From a virus, in IMG/VR virus record IMGVR_UViG_3300048074_000120, positions 1-64,000 of that record: 64,000 nt of DNA; one strand, written 5' to 3'. The notes beneath the pieces are model-generated. The model saw only the letters and a program-made list of their open reading frames with translations. It was not told where the DNA came from and made no database searches. Numbering within the stretch: the first letter of the stretch is position 1; each line of letters opens with the position of its first letter. The position numbers and the translations under genes were made by a program. This document shows, piece by piece, positions 1 to 8,969 of the stretch.

Positions 1-209
1 AGTGTCTTCGAGATCTGCTTGGCGAGGGCATAGACCGTTTGCTTGCAACTCGGGCAAAGACAATCGAACTTCGCTTGAACGGGAGCCCCACTATCGCCAA
101 AGTCCGCTTTGATTTCAACCGAGCACGGCGGCTCTGGCTTACCCTCATCGGCATACCAAACGCTGGGGCAACGGTCACACTCGTACTGCAGAACTTTCTT
201 GGGGGGCAT
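1..209 (-). CDS. Small CxxC zinc-binding protein (runs off left edge)
   Basis: Manual translation MPPKKVLQYECDRCPSVWY...CLCPSCKQ; GGAGAAG RBS upstream of ATG at 209; not in ORF track. Confidence 0.6.
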   Translation of the reverse strand, partial: MPPKKVLQYECDRCPSVWYADEGKPEPPCSVEIKADFGDSGAPVQAKFDCLCPSCKQTVYALAKQISKT

Positions 210-267
210 TGAACTTCTCCGAATGAGTTTTCCACAACAGATAGGTCTCACTATGGTATATGGCAGT

Positions 268-789
268 ATGCCTGACAAGAGAAATACCTACCTGACTTTG
301 TTACATGAGGAGGGGCCAGACGATCACGGGAATACTTGGGCAGTATGCAGGTGCATCTGCGGGGGAATTACCAGGGTGATGCGACGCCAATTCAGGTTGA
401 AGATTACCAGATCTTGTGGGTGTAAAAGAGGAGAGCTCATAGCAGCCAGTAAGCTCAAGCACGGGGCGGCCAGGCACGGGAAACTTCGAACCACCGAGTA
501 CAGAATATGGTCGTTAGTACTTCAGCGCTGTAACAACCCTAATAATCCAGCGTACGAAAGCTATGGTGGGCGCGGTATTACTGTCTGCAAGCGCTGGCTG
601 AAGTTCGAGAACTTCCTAAAAGACATGGGTAAAAGGCCAGCTGGGCTGACGTTGGACAGGAGAAACAACAGCAAGGGATACTCTAAATCGAACTGTCGCT
701 GGGCAACTCGTCTTGAACAGGTGCACAACCGCCGGCCTTATGGCACTTGTACCAAAGGTAGGTCTTCAACACGGCTCGCTCGGACTTGA
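268..789 (+). CDS. HNH homing endonuclease
   Basis: EYRIWSLVLQRCNNPNNPAYESYGGRGITVCKRW...TLDRRNNSKGYSKSNCRWAT is a typical phage HNH; start moved from 109 to ATG 268. Confidence 0.9.
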   Translation: MPDKRNTYLTLLHEEGPDDHGNTWAVCRCICGGITRVMRRQFRLKITRSCGCKRGELIAASKLKHGAARHGKLRTTEYRIWSLVLQRCNNPNNPAYESYGGRGITVCKRWLKFENFLKDMGKRPAGLTLDRRNNSKGYSKSNCRWATRLEQVHNRRPYGTCTKGRSSTRLART

Positions 790-940
790 TCAAAGGATCA
801 TTACCCAGCTCCCGCTGAAAGTACTCGTCGAAGCGGGCAACGTCTTCGTCTACCGCCTGCTCTAATTCCGTACCTGTCAAATCGACGGTATGTTGAACTT
901 TTATGTTCTCTTCAGTGACTATAGCAGCTACGTTGGCCAT
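683..940 (-). CDS. Hypothetical protein
   Basis: ORF track 683..970; likely start ATG 940 (MANVAA); overlaps the end of the HNH gene convergently. Confidence 0.55.
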   Translation of the reverse strand: MANVAAIVTEENIKVQHTVDLTGTELEQAVDEDVARFDEYFQRELGNDPLIKSERAVLKTYLWYKCHKAGGCAPVQDELPSDSSI

Positions 941-961
941 GTACCTGGTATAACATGGGTC

Positions 962-1357
962 GTGGAACAAGTCACTTCAACTAGCTCCGATGAGTTGGCG
1001 GCACTCGATGCCTTGCTGTTCCCCGAGAACTGCTTCAACGAGACTACGTTCGCTAGAGAAATCGACCTTGGCTTTTGCCTGGTGGAATGGGTACATCGTA
1101 CGATTGTCGCTTACGCTCTGGTTCGCCGCGGGGAAGTCTATGACCTGCTCCGGTTAGGGGTTCACCCGGATTACCAAGGGCACGGCCTCGGCTCGGACCT
1201 ACTCCATAGGATTCAAGGCATGGGCGTGCCCTTGATGTTGACGGTACGTGAAGGCAATACAGGCGCCCTTCGACTCTACCTGCGCAACGGGCTCAGAGTC
1301 ATCGGACGCCTGCAAGAGGGGCAGGGCTGGGTGCTTAGGTACGACCGAGTTTCTTGA
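962..1357 (+). CDS. GNAT N-acetyltransferase (RimI-like)
   Basis: LRLGVHPDYQGHGLGSDLL (acetyl-CoA motif A) and LTVREGNTGALRLY (motif B); likely GTG start at 962. Confidence 0.85.
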   Translation: MEQVTSTSSDELAALDALLFPENCFNETTFAREIDLGFCLVEWVHRTIVAYALVRRGEVYDLLRLGVHPDYQGHGLGSDLLHRIQGMGVPLMLTVREGNTGALRLYLRNGLRVIGRLQEGQGWVLRYDRVS

Positions 1358-1547
1358 CGACGTACCGAGTACCGCCAGGGGTCTTCATGATCGGGGAACC
1401 GTCAGGGGCCCTGTCCGGTACCGCGAGTTGATGGGTCCCTGGGCATCGCATCTTGCGCATCCCACCGGGCGCCGCTTCATGCGTCACCTGGATTGGCGTT
1501 CCTTCAACCCGGCGCGCTCGCCGCTCCCCCGGCACTAATTTCGACAT
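1335..1547 (-). CDS. Small basic hypothetical protein
   Basis: ATG 1547 preceded by GGAGAGGA. Confidence 0.5.
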   Translation of the reverse strand: MSKLVPGERRARRVEGTPIQVTHEAAPGGMRKMRCPGTHQLAVPDRAPDGSPIMKTPGGTRYVVKKLGRT

Positions 1548-2100
1548 GTGGCATATCCTCTCCGCCGAACGTTGTGTCGGCATAGTCGCTATCGGACTCG
1601 TCAGGTACTGATTCTACCAAGGGCGTGCTGTCCTGCTTGGACTGCTTCTCCGCTAGTTTCAAAAGGTTCACGTAGCTGCTGATGTACCCCTCCCAGAACG
1701 GCTGCTGGCGAGTGACGTTCACCCCGTTCTCATCCTTGGTAGCAACACCCACTGTGGTGAGAATGGTCTCATCAAGCAAGCCTCGGGAACGAAGCACCTC
1801 TGTGATGTCATTGGCGACCAGCATAAGGGCGCCAAGCCTGGCATCCATGTGCTGAATAGCGTCTGTGTACGTTCTGAAGTTCTTGTTGAACGCACCGATG
1901 ATCTCGTTGTAGCCCCTACGGTTTTCCTCGCACTGACGTCTTAGCTCGAGGATTGCTGGGTTTTGGTCCGCGTCGCTTAGCTGCTGCAGGTTCACTACGT
2001 GCCGGGCTACTTTCGCCCGCTCCCTGACCTGCTGGCGTTGTAGTTTCTTCTTTAGAACCTTTGCTCTTATCTTGCGCGGCTGCTGCCCATTCTTGCTCAT
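1504..2100 (-). CDS. Hypothetical coiled-coil protein
   Basis: 198-aa ORF with GAGGA RBS; basic N-terminus, acidic C-terminus. Confidence 0.7.
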   Translation of the reverse strand: MSKNGQQPRKIRAKVLKKKLQRQQVRERAKVARHVVNLQQLSDADQNPAILELRRQCEENRRGYNEIIGAFNKNFRTYTDAIQHMDARLGALMLVANDITEVLRSRGLLDETILTTVGVATKDENGVNVTRQQPFWEGYISSYVNLLKLAEKQSKQDSTPLVESVPDESDSDYADTTFGGEDMPHVEISAGGAASAPG

Positions 2101-2359
2101 TGCGTTCCTCCGTAGACATGAATTGGTATTGCTGCATTTCCCGTTTACGATTACCCGCCATGTTGCTCAACCTGGCGGCCACACCGATCCAGACCTCTTG
2201 TGTCACCTCGCACTCGCTTCGAGGGAGGTCTTCGCATTCCACCACCGCCAACGGATCGTCTGCCCCTTCAATAGGAAGGAAACGCTCCTGAACGATGCGT
2301 GACAGCGCCATGAGCGCTGCGCTTTCTTGAGCTAGTCGAACGTAGGCTGGGGTAGTCAT
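1916..2359 (-). CDS. Hypothetical protein
   Basis: 147-aa ORF start-coupled to upstream gene; low-complexity tail overlaps the next gene by 185 nt. Confidence 0.6.
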   Translation of the reverse strand: MTTPAYVRLAQESAALMALSRIVQERFLPIEGADDPLAVVECEDLPRSECEVTQEVWIGVAARLSNMAGNRKREMQQYQFMSTEERNEQEWAAAAQDKSKGSKEETTTPAGQGAGESSPARSEPAAAKRRGPKPSNPRAKTSVRGKP

Positions 2360-3042
2360 GCTGTTAGGAATGCGTAGATGCGGTTGAGGAGGCCTGCGCC
2401 TGCAGAGGTATCCTTGATTATATTGCGTAGGGGGTAGATTGCACGAGCTCTTTTTGCTCGAGCATTTTCCAGACGCACGCTTCCACGGTAGGTTTGCTTG
2501 TTCACCTGGGCTAATGCCGCCGTCCGTATGTCAGCGGGGGCAAACTTCAAGTAGATGTCACAGTTGTACTCCAACAGACGAAAGTACCGATAAACTGCCG
2601 TTGACCAAGTGCGCATAGGCAGGTTGAAGAACAACTCCCCAATGACAACATCATGCGGCCAGATGGTGCCGCACGCGGGGCAAACGACGCCCTCAGTGAC
2701 GTTGTAGGACTCCTGCATGATCGCATGGCAGTTACTTTTACCCAAGGATGAGCCCGGGCACAGGTAGAGTTTGTCGTCCCCACCGCCATGGAAACGGGCT
2801 CCGCTATGCCAAAAGCTCATAACCCCAGGAGTGGGTGCTGAGTTCGAACGGGCCTTACCGAAAAGGACTTCGAGCTTGTATTTAGCCACGACCTCCTTGT
2901 CGGTAAGCAGCTTCTTGAGCCGCTCAGCCTCCTCGTTATAGATGCGGGTCTCCTCTGGCGTCAAAACTAGAGGGCCCGAGCGCACGTCGTCATAGCGAAG
3001 CGCGCCCCTAGCCTCCTCGCGAGAAATCTCAATGATGCTCAT
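2356..3042 (-). CDS. Hypothetical Cys-rich (Zn-binding) protein
   Basis: 228-aa ORF with LYLCPG...NCH...VCPACG; 4-nt overlaps on both sides. Confidence 0.75.
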   Translation of the reverse strand: MSIIEISREEARGALRYDDVRSGPLVLTPEETRIYNEEAERLKKLLTDKEVVAKYKLEVLFGKARSNSAPTPGVMSFWHSGARFHGGGDDKLYLCPGSSLGKSNCHAIMQESYNVTEGVVCPACGTIWPHDVVIGELFFNLPMRTWSTAVYRYFRLLEYNCDIYLKFAPADIRTAALAQVNKQTYRGSVRLENARAKRARAIYPLRNIIKDTSAGAGLLNRIYAFLTA

Positions 3043-3512
3043 CTGGAGACACCCCCATTCGCCCGTTGAACTGCCATCGGCACCGTACCCGCTGCTGAGG
3101 CTCCCTTACCCTTGGCATTGACTCCGCCGCGCGTTTGCCCTGGCTTATATCCCGGCAGCAGCATGGACTCCACCTCAACTCGAGCTGGACGCTGGGCGGC
3201 AGTGATCGTGGCGATAATCTGCTCGTAGTGTCGAGCAAGATCATCCCCTTGGAAGATGATTCTCCATCCGTAGAGGACTTTACCTTCACGGAGGATATAC
3301 ATCTTGGAGATGTCGCAGGTCCATAAGGCTGTTGGCTGACCCGATTGAGTCAATAGTGCATGGATAACGGGCAGCAAAAAAGGCCAGCGCTCGTGGTCAC
3401 AGCTGCCAATGATGCGAAGCTGCTTGGGGGTCTCGTTGTCCTGCTTGACTTCGAAAAAGCACTTCTTGGCAAGTGCGATGTAGATGTCAGCTCTTGTGTA
3501 CTGATTTGCCAT
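3039..3512 (-). CDS. Hypothetical protein
   Basis: 157-aa ORF with AAGGAG RBS, coupled operon. Confidence 0.7.
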   Translation of the reverse strand: MANQYTRADIYIALAKKCFFEVKQDNETPKQLRIIGSCDHERWPFLLPVIHALLTQSGQPTALWTCDISKMYILREGKVLYGWRIIFQGDDLARHYEQIIATITAAQRPARVEVESMLLPGYKPGQTRGGVNAKGKGASAAGTVPMAVQRANGGVSR

Positions 3513-3978
3513 GTCGCTCCTTGACCGGCACGCACAGCATGAATGCCTTGTTGCCGCCGAAGTAGAGTTCAGTAACGTCGCTTACAAACACCTTGCGGCG
3601 CACATCGAGGATGTGGCTCTCCCCATTCGTCATGATGTCGACGATGGAGTCAGCATTCCAGGGGATGATGTACTCCCCCAGGGTGGATACACCAAATTCT
3701 ATCTCTAGCGTGCCGCTGCCCTTGCTGGTTACAAGGTGAAGCTTCCCCTTCCGTTTGGTGCGGAGGAACTGCTTTAGTACATCGAGGTCGGTTGCACGAA
3801 CCTCCACCTGCTCTTGGCCCGTCATGGCCTCTTCGATGGCTTCGATCGCCTCTTCAGGGCTATCGTACAAGTCCGTGTCGTTTGGAATCTCCACAGGCAG
3901 CTTCCACTTGGAGAACTCCTTGAACATCCCAGGATCGATTGCGCCCGATAGGGCCACTGCCTTGGTCAGATCGCTCAT
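3487..3978 (-). CDS. Hypothetical protein
   Basis: ORF track 3487..4056; likely start MSDLTKA at 3978 just after the upstream stop. Confidence 0.7.
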   Translation of the reverse strand: MSDLTKAVALSGAIDPGMFKEFSKWKLPVEIPNDTDLYDSPEEAIEAIEEAMTGQEQVEVRATDLDVLKQFLRTKRKGKLHLVTSKGSGTLEIEFGVSTLGEYIIPWNADSIVDIMTNGESHILDVRRKVFVSDVTELYFGGNKAFMLCVPVKERHGKSVHKS

Positions 3979-3980
3979 GG

Positions 3981-4517
3981 TTAGCCTCGCGGGATAGTAA
4001 TCTTGTAGCTCTTGGCTGTGTCCACTAGTGCTGCATTCCTTCCGTAAGCAGCACAAAGAAACAGTGTTTCCTGCGGGAGCTGGTTATCGCACAGCAGCGG
4101 AAGGCCATACATCTCATTTGAGGGCAGCACAATCCCTGTCGTACTCGCATGCCACTTGCGCAGGTTAGGCTCATTGCCGCACACAAACGCTATGGGATTC
4201 AGCCCATCTAAGTGAGCTTGGGCCAGCATCTGCGCAATGACTACCGCCGCAATATTCGTAGAAGGCTGAATTTCCAACAGGTCGTGGTTACGAATGACTG
4301 CGTAGGGAAGCAGCGTGGATAGGTCCGTCCCAACAAGACGTTCCGGCTCCTCCGGCTTCTTGTAACGGTGATACCGCATGAACCCCGGAGTAACGACTAT
4401 TGTTACTGTATCGACCATGGGGAGGGAAAGGATCTCGTCCAACACCGTTAGGTACGCCTTGATACCAGCCGCCTTGGGAATCTCTATGGTGCGTTCCTCT
4501 TCTTCATAGGTTGGCAT
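3981..4517 (-). CDS. Hypothetical protein
   Basis: 178-aa ORF in a tightly packed operon. Confidence 0.7.
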   Translation of the reverse strand: MPTYEEEERTIEIPKAAGIKAYLTVLDEILSLPMVDTVTIVVTPGFMRYHRYKKPEEPERLVGTDLSTLLPYAVIRNHDLLEIQPSTNIAAVVIAQMLAQAHLDGLNPIAFVCGNEPNLRKWHASTTGIVLPSNEMYGLPLLCDNQLPQETLFLCAAYGRNAALVDTAKSYKITIPRG

Positions 4518-4519
4518 GG

Positions 4520-4711
4520 CTAGATTTGCTCCGCTTCTGGGACTCTAGGCGCTTCCTCTGCTGCTAGTAGCTCCAGAAAGTACTTGGTAACGATGGACGT
4601 CAAGTTGGTGTGGTGCCGCTTGGCATAGTCGTGCATACGCACTTCAATCTCAGCGGCGACCCGCAGATGAAGACGCCCACCCTTCTTGGACCTGATACGT
4701 TTAGCCGTCAT
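4520..4711 (-). CDS. Ribbon-helix-helix (Arc/CopG-like) DNA-binding protein
   Basis: RLHLRV beta-ribbon followed by two short helices (AAEIEVRMHDYAKRHHTNLTSIVTKYFLELL), 63 aa. Confidence 0.7.
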   Translation of the reverse strand: MTAKRIRSKKGGRLHLRVAAEIEVRMHDYAKRHHTNLTSIVTKYFLELLAAEEAPRVPEAEQI

Positions 4712-4964
4712 GGGATTCCACGAATTTTACGCCGTCAAGATATTCGAAGAGCCCTTTCTGGTGCGGGAACTTTCGAACAAGTATTGCCAACAGCTGTTGA
4801 TGGGCGGTGTCCAATAGATCATCCGTCAGTGCCTGCCCGACAATAGTTGGCGAGAGCTCGACTTCTAGTTCACGAATCAGCCCTTCGTTCATGCCAATCC
4901 AAGTCGGAAGCCAACTCCAATTCAGCTCTAACTTACCTGGACCGGTACGATCTACAAACCTCAT
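4701..4964 (-). CDS. Hypothetical protein
   Basis: 87-aa ORF coupled to neighbours. Confidence 0.65.
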   Translation of the reverse strand: MRFVDRTGPGKLELNWSWLPTWIGMNEGLIRELEVELSPTIVGQALTDDLLDTAHQQLLAILVRKFPHQKGLFEYLDGVKFVESHDG

Positions 4965-5380
4965 GTGGCACCTTCCTTGGGTGCTGGAAACGCTCCTTTT
5001 CCGTTAGGCCAAGTCCCCATGCGTGTTCGACTAGCTTGCAACGGATATACATCAAGCTGCCGTGTGCAGGCAGGGTACCAGCAGTCGCGCGCACTTCCAC
5101 CGCTACCAGAGGATAGATGTAACTCTTCCCACTTGGTAGGTTTCGGGTAAATCCAACGAAGTTTCCCACCAGAGAAATAGAAAGCCTTCCTCGCGTCTGT
5201 CCCGCAGTACACCTTATGCTCGTGAATCAACTCTCTACTGGTCAACGAAAGCACAATTACGGGTGGTAACTTTGCTAGCACATGTACTAACCAGGCATCG
5301 TAGGCTAATTCTTTCAGCTGCCAGAAAGGGTAATTCAACAACTGAAGGGGCGTCATTTGCAGCAATTTACCGATGATCAT
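4961..5380 (-). CDS. Hypothetical protein
   Basis: 139-aa ORF coupled to neighbours. Confidence 0.55.
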   Translation of the reverse strand: MIIGKLLQMTPLQLLNYPFWQLKELAYDAWLVHVLAKLPPVIVLSLTSRELIHEHKVYCGTDARKAFYFSGGKLRWIYPKPTKWEELHLSSGSGGSARDCWYPACTRQLDVYPLQASRTRMGTWPNGKGAFPAPKEGAT

Positions 5381-5391
5381 TGAAAAACCTT

Positions 5392-5712
5392 TTATAGGGT
5401 AACTGCGACGTCCTCTTCCATAACAAACAGCACATCATTCTCGCGAACAAGTGCCTCATTTTCTTCCAGTAAAAGCCCGAGGGCGTGCCCTTGCTTGGTT
5501 TCGGTTACCGCCTTGAGGAAAGGAAAACGGTCCCCTGCCTTGAGCTCCATAGGCACAAGAACCCCGCGTCGGTTACGACGTCCTGGTCCCGTGTCGAGCA
5601 CCGTGGCTGTGCGAATTGGTACGGCGCCTACGAGGTGAATGCCTCCACTTGACTGCGTCGGAGCCGGGTCAATCCTAACCAGCATCCAGTCATGCTTGAG
5701 CTTGAGCTTCAC
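5392..5712 (-). CDS. groES: Co-chaperonin GroES (Cpn10)
   Basis: KLKHDWMLVR...TQSSGGIHL (mobile loop)...ATVLDTGPGR...LKAGD...LVRENDVL matches the GroES pattern. Confidence 0.88.
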   Translation of the reverse strand: MKLKLKHDWMLVRIDPAPTQSSGGIHLVGAVPIRTATVLDTGPGRRNRRGVLVPMELKAGDRFPFLKAVTETKQGHALGLLLEENEALVRENDVLFVMEEDVAVTL

Positions 5713-6067
5713 TGGAGTCCTCGTCGCCTAGAATGTCAACGGAGTCGGTCTTTGCGATCTGCTCAGCACTGATGGACACGCGTGCCTTGCCGTCAAGCTC
5801 CTTACGCATCCACTCAGCCATTGGCCGCAAGCGGCCACACCACTCCGTAGTGTCGGGGGTAGAGTAGTAGTCATCACCAACCTTGAAGTACATGGCAAGT
5901 GACGGATTGCCTTTCACATCGTTGTGCCAGACGAAGACCACCGTGGCCTCCGCTACGCCAGTTACCGTGTTAGGAAGACCGCGCTGAGACGGTGTGCCGT
6001 CTACGGCAACCTTCACGCCTGCCATCCGCGCTGCTAGGACGTTTGAACCACTTCCGCCGATTGACAT
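5690..6067 (-). CDS. Hypothetical protein
   Basis: 125-aa ORF in operon. Confidence 0.6.
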   Translation of the reverse strand: MSIGGSGSNVLAARMAGVKVAVDGTPSQRGLPNTVTGVAEATVVFVWHNDVKGNPSLAMYFKVGDDYYSTPDTTEWCGRLRPMAEWMRKELDGKARVSISAEQIAKTDSVDILGDEDSSEAQAQA

Positions 6068-6726
6068 AGAGCTACCTTTTCCTCTTCGAATTGCTCAAGC
6101 AACTCGATCAATTGTTCTTTGGTTATCCAACTTCGATGCGGGTTCCATTCCCGCGGAAGATAAAATCTCGAGTTTTGAGTCCTCAACAGGTCAGCAACAC
6201 GGATGCCAACCCAGCCAAGCTCCGGTGTGACCACTTCCGTAGGGGCGGCCTTCAACCAACTCTCAAGCGTCTGAAGCGTCACCCACCGCCCATCATTAGG
6301 ACTCTCAACGTTGTTGTTACGCATGCGCGCATAAACCACCTCACCAAAAGCCTCCGCAATGGTGTCGTGTCCAGCGCGGATGCCACTTGACTTTGGTATC
6401 TCGACGCGTTCACCGCGCGCTAATGCGTGCTGCCCTTTGCGGGACCCGCGCATGTCCACGGTGATCGGCTCTACCGTGTGCTTTCGGATGTACGTCACAG
6501 GATCGACGCGGAGTAACTCCACGTCCTCAGGGGCTACCTCAACCGGCATCAAGCCAGGACGTTCCGTGCGCTGCATGATCAGCCGCGCCTTGGGCAGTTT
6601 GACCAGACGCATGTGCACTAAGGTCATCATCTGGGCAAACGTCTTACCTGAAAAGGCTTGGCCTTCAATGGTGCCTTCGTAGGCTGTGCCATGCCTTTCG
6701 TAAGAAACTACAATCTCATCAGACAT
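6034..6726 (-). CDS. Hypothetical protein
   Basis: 230-aa ORF with GGAG RBS. Confidence 0.7.
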   Translation of the reverse strand: MSDEIVVSYERHGTAYEGTIEGQAFSGKTFAQMMTLVHMRLVKLPKARLIMQRTERPGLMPVEVAPEDVELLRVDPVTYIRKHTVEPITVDMRGSRKGQHALARGERVEIPKSSGIRAGHDTIAEAFGEVVYARMRNNNVESPNDGRWVTLQTLESWLKAAPTEVVTPELGWVGIRVADLLRTQNSRFYLPREWNPHRSWITKEQLIELLEQFEEEKVALCQSAEVVQTS

Positions 6727-7192
6727 CCAGAGTCTCCTTCATAGTAGAAACATACGAGTGGGGCTTTACGATTCGGTAGATGACCGCCCCTTGCGGGCTA
6801 GGCCCTACCTGCATGCGGGTCCCGTCTGGGAAGGTCAACTCTTCCAAGATGTACCGAGTTTGCCCGCGCAGTTGTTTGCCCTTCACCCGAAGCCCAACCT
6901 GCTCAAAGTACGGAAGAATCACCTCTTCACAGCAAGTACGCTCCGCTGGGACACCTAGGCCATTCAGTGCGGCGAACGCCTCGTCTGGGTTTACGTCCGT
7001 CACGATCAACGTCTGAAACACCAAGGGGCTTACCTCGGGCGTCAGGTACCCCACCGCGGTCGCTCCGCAGTTGTAGCAAGAGTACTTGTCTGGCCAGTAC
7101 TCGCTGGCTTGACCGACAAGTGAATCCACGTCACGCACCTCGCCATTGACGCGGAGAGCATACTTGCACTTGTCGCAGACGATAGTGATCAT
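6719..7192 (-). CDS. Zinc-ribbon protein
   Basis: CDKC...CYNC pairs at the N-terminus. Confidence 0.7.
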   Translation of the reverse strand: MITIVCDKCKYALRVNGEVRDVDSLVGQASEYWPDKYSCYNCGATAVGYLTPEVSPLVFQTLIVTDVNPDEAFAALNGLGVPAERTCCEEVILPYFEQVGLRVKGKQLRGQTRYILEELTFPDGTRMQVGPSPQGAVIYRIVKPHSYVSTMKETLDV

Positions 7193-7884
7193 ATCTGGGC
7201 GGCTTCTCCCTGCTCCGTTGTGCTATTCGTCAAATCCAGTGGATCTACAAGGCCAGCGCCCTTTAGGACAGGATTGCCTCTGGCATCAGGTTCAACCGTC
7301 ACGGTGGCTAGAGATGTTTGCACCTTACTTCGAAGATGCGTTCTTTCCGGTGGACGCTTTTCATCGGAAGCCCACTCGGGAACGGGCATGGGCGCGGCAG
7401 GCTTACTGAGCTCAGCTGCCGCGGAGACTAAGCCGCCTGTAGCCGCCGCTTGGTACACGCGTTCTGATGCCTGCCTAAAGTTTTGCTGCAGCTGCGCTAC
7501 TTCAAGGTCTTCCGTGTCACCCGTGGTATTGGGGCCGCGGTAGTCGCCACCAAACTCGTACTCCTCTTCGTCCTGAATGTGCAGCGGGGTGTAGTCACTA
7601 GCGACCTTCTCTCCGCCATTCGACTTCATAGGATTGGTCAAGGCAGGATGAGCCACCGGTGCCGATGGATCTGCCTGCTGCACGGGGGCTTGCGCCTGTG
7701 CAACGGCGCGAGCAGCAGCCTCTGTTCCACTAGTTACAAAAGAGCTAGTCAATGCTTGTATCGTGTCGTCGTCAATGGGGGCTTGGATACGAACCCCACT
7801 GGGAAGTTCCATCAGCATGTAGTTGGCTGACTCCCCATCTTCAAACGACAGCTCTTGTCGAACACCTATGATTCTTGCTTGCAT
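7189..7884 (-). CDS. Hypothetical protein, largely low-complexity
   Basis: 231-aa ORF, TAATG-coupled to upstream gene. Confidence 0.7.
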   Translation of the reverse strand: MQARIIGVRQELSFEDGESANYMLMELPSGVRIQAPIDDDTIQALTSSFVTSGTEAAARAVAQAQAPVQQADPSAPVAHPALTNPMKSNGGEKVASDYTPLHIQDEEEYEFGGDYRGPNTTGDTEDLEVAQLQQNFRQASERVYQAAATGGLVSAAAELSKPAAPMPVPEWASDEKRPPERTHLRSKVQTSLATVTVEPDARGNPVLKGAGLVDPLDLTNSTTEQGEAAQI

Positions 7885-8147
7885 TAGGATACTCCCGGTG
7901 GTTTCTGCGCACGCTGTGCGGTGGCCTGCGCCTTCTTGTGAAGATCAACCAAGATGACAAGATGCTTACCCGCTCGCTCAGCATTGACCAGTAACAAACA
8001 ATGCGCCCAGTTCTCTCCAACATAAGCGGGCCCTTCTGGAGCTTGTGGCAAGTACGCCATACAGTCTGCTCCGCACACCCGATCTTGGTTCAAAAAGCAG
8101 GAGAGGTGACTCTTTACTGGCTCTGGTTCTAACTTATCAATTGGCAT
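7884..8147 (-). CDS. Small Cys-containing hypothetical protein
   Basis: 87-aa ORF, CFLNQDRVCGADCMAY. Confidence 0.65.
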   Translation of the reverse strand: MPIDKLEPEPVKSHLSCFLNQDRVCGADCMAYLPQAPEGPAYVGENWAHCLLLVNAERAGKHLVILVDLHKKAQATAQRAQKPPGVS

Positions 8148-8544
8148 TGTCTGCTCCTTGCGGTTGTGCTGCCGCCTCTACAGAGAGTCGCTTACGTTCT
8201 TCGAATACGGCAACGAGCAGCGCTTTAGCGATGGCCACTAGGTAACGGGTAAATGCCACGCGATCTGCAACGCCGTTTGTACTCTTCACAAACCCCCACT
8301 TGACGAGAAACTTCAAGTAGGGGACACCAAGTTCGCCGGAGAGCATGACGCGCAGGTCATTCATGAGGCCACGCACCATGCCTTCATCGCTGAAGAAGTC
8401 ATGGCAGAACGGCACCATGAATAGGTCGTCGGTGGAACCAACCCAGTGACAGTTGCCGCAGGTGGCGTTACCTCCTGCCAGCTCCGAGAATTCCAGGTTG
8501 GCACTGCCGCATCGAGGGCAGAACTTGACTTTACCTTCGGTCAC
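8137..8544 (-). CDS. Protein with N-terminal TFIIB-like zinc ribbon
   Basis: FCPRCGSANLEFSELAGGNATCGNC. Confidence 0.65.
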   Translation of the reverse strand: MTEGKVKFCPRCGSANLEFSELAGGNATCGNCHWVGSTDDLFMVPFCHDFFSDEGMVRGLMNDLRVMLSGELGVPYLKFLVKWGFVKSTNGVADRVAFTRYLVAIAKALLVAVFEERKRLSVEAAAQPQGADNAN

Positions 8545-8969
8545 AAGATTCCTCCAATCTGCTTAGACAAACGACGTGACTGAGCACGCTGCTCTTCCTC
8601 CGTCCGTTGAATGACTCGTGTCTTGAGCCGACTCCTGACCTGCTTGGGCATGATGGGCGTGACCTTGAGTGCACCTTTCGAGACCTCGTCCATGAGGCGC
8701 TTGATGTGCTGCTGCCTGTCCTTGTTCTGGACACTCTGCAGGTAAGGCATCTGAGTATCGCGATAGGAGTCAAGAGCTTCTTGTGCCTTCTCTTTGTTGA
8801 CCAGAGCTTGCACAAGAGCGCGCGTGCGCATGTACTCGATCTGATCTTTGCGTATGAGGAGAGCCTGCAATACGTAAGATTGAAGAGACCCCCGAGGTGG
8901 CGGCTCCCTCAGAGTCGCAAGCAGTAGATTTGCCTGCGCCCAGCCCTCGGGGGTCTCTATCCATTTCCC
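8541..8969 (-). CDS. -1 frame extension (gpT-like) of the tail assembly chaperone
   Basis: Frame is open from the GGGAAAT slippery site (8963-8969) to the stop at 8541; closed by TAG four codons upstream of the site; includes track ORF 8541..8870. Confidence 0.75.
   Translation of the reverse strand, partial: GKWIETPEGWAQANLLLATLREPPPRGSLQSYVLQALLIRKDQIEYMRTRALVQALVNKEKAQEALDSYRDTQMPYLQSVQNKDRQQHIKRLMDEVSKGALKVTPIMPKQVRSRLKTRVIQRTEEEQRAQSRRLSKQIGGIL
8884..8969 (-). other. Programmed -1 frameshift signal: G GGA AAT plus perfect 14-bp stem
   Basis: Heptamer in frame one codon before the stop of ORF 8957..10303; inverted repeat AGAGACCCCCGAGG at 8884-8897 / 8945-8958. Confidence 0.8.

Noticed and set aside
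7259-7265. CCCTTTA on the plus strand (also at 23902-23908)
   Set aside because: Antisense to a minus-strand gene, or part of the HNH RBS hairpin; not within a translated plus-strand frame
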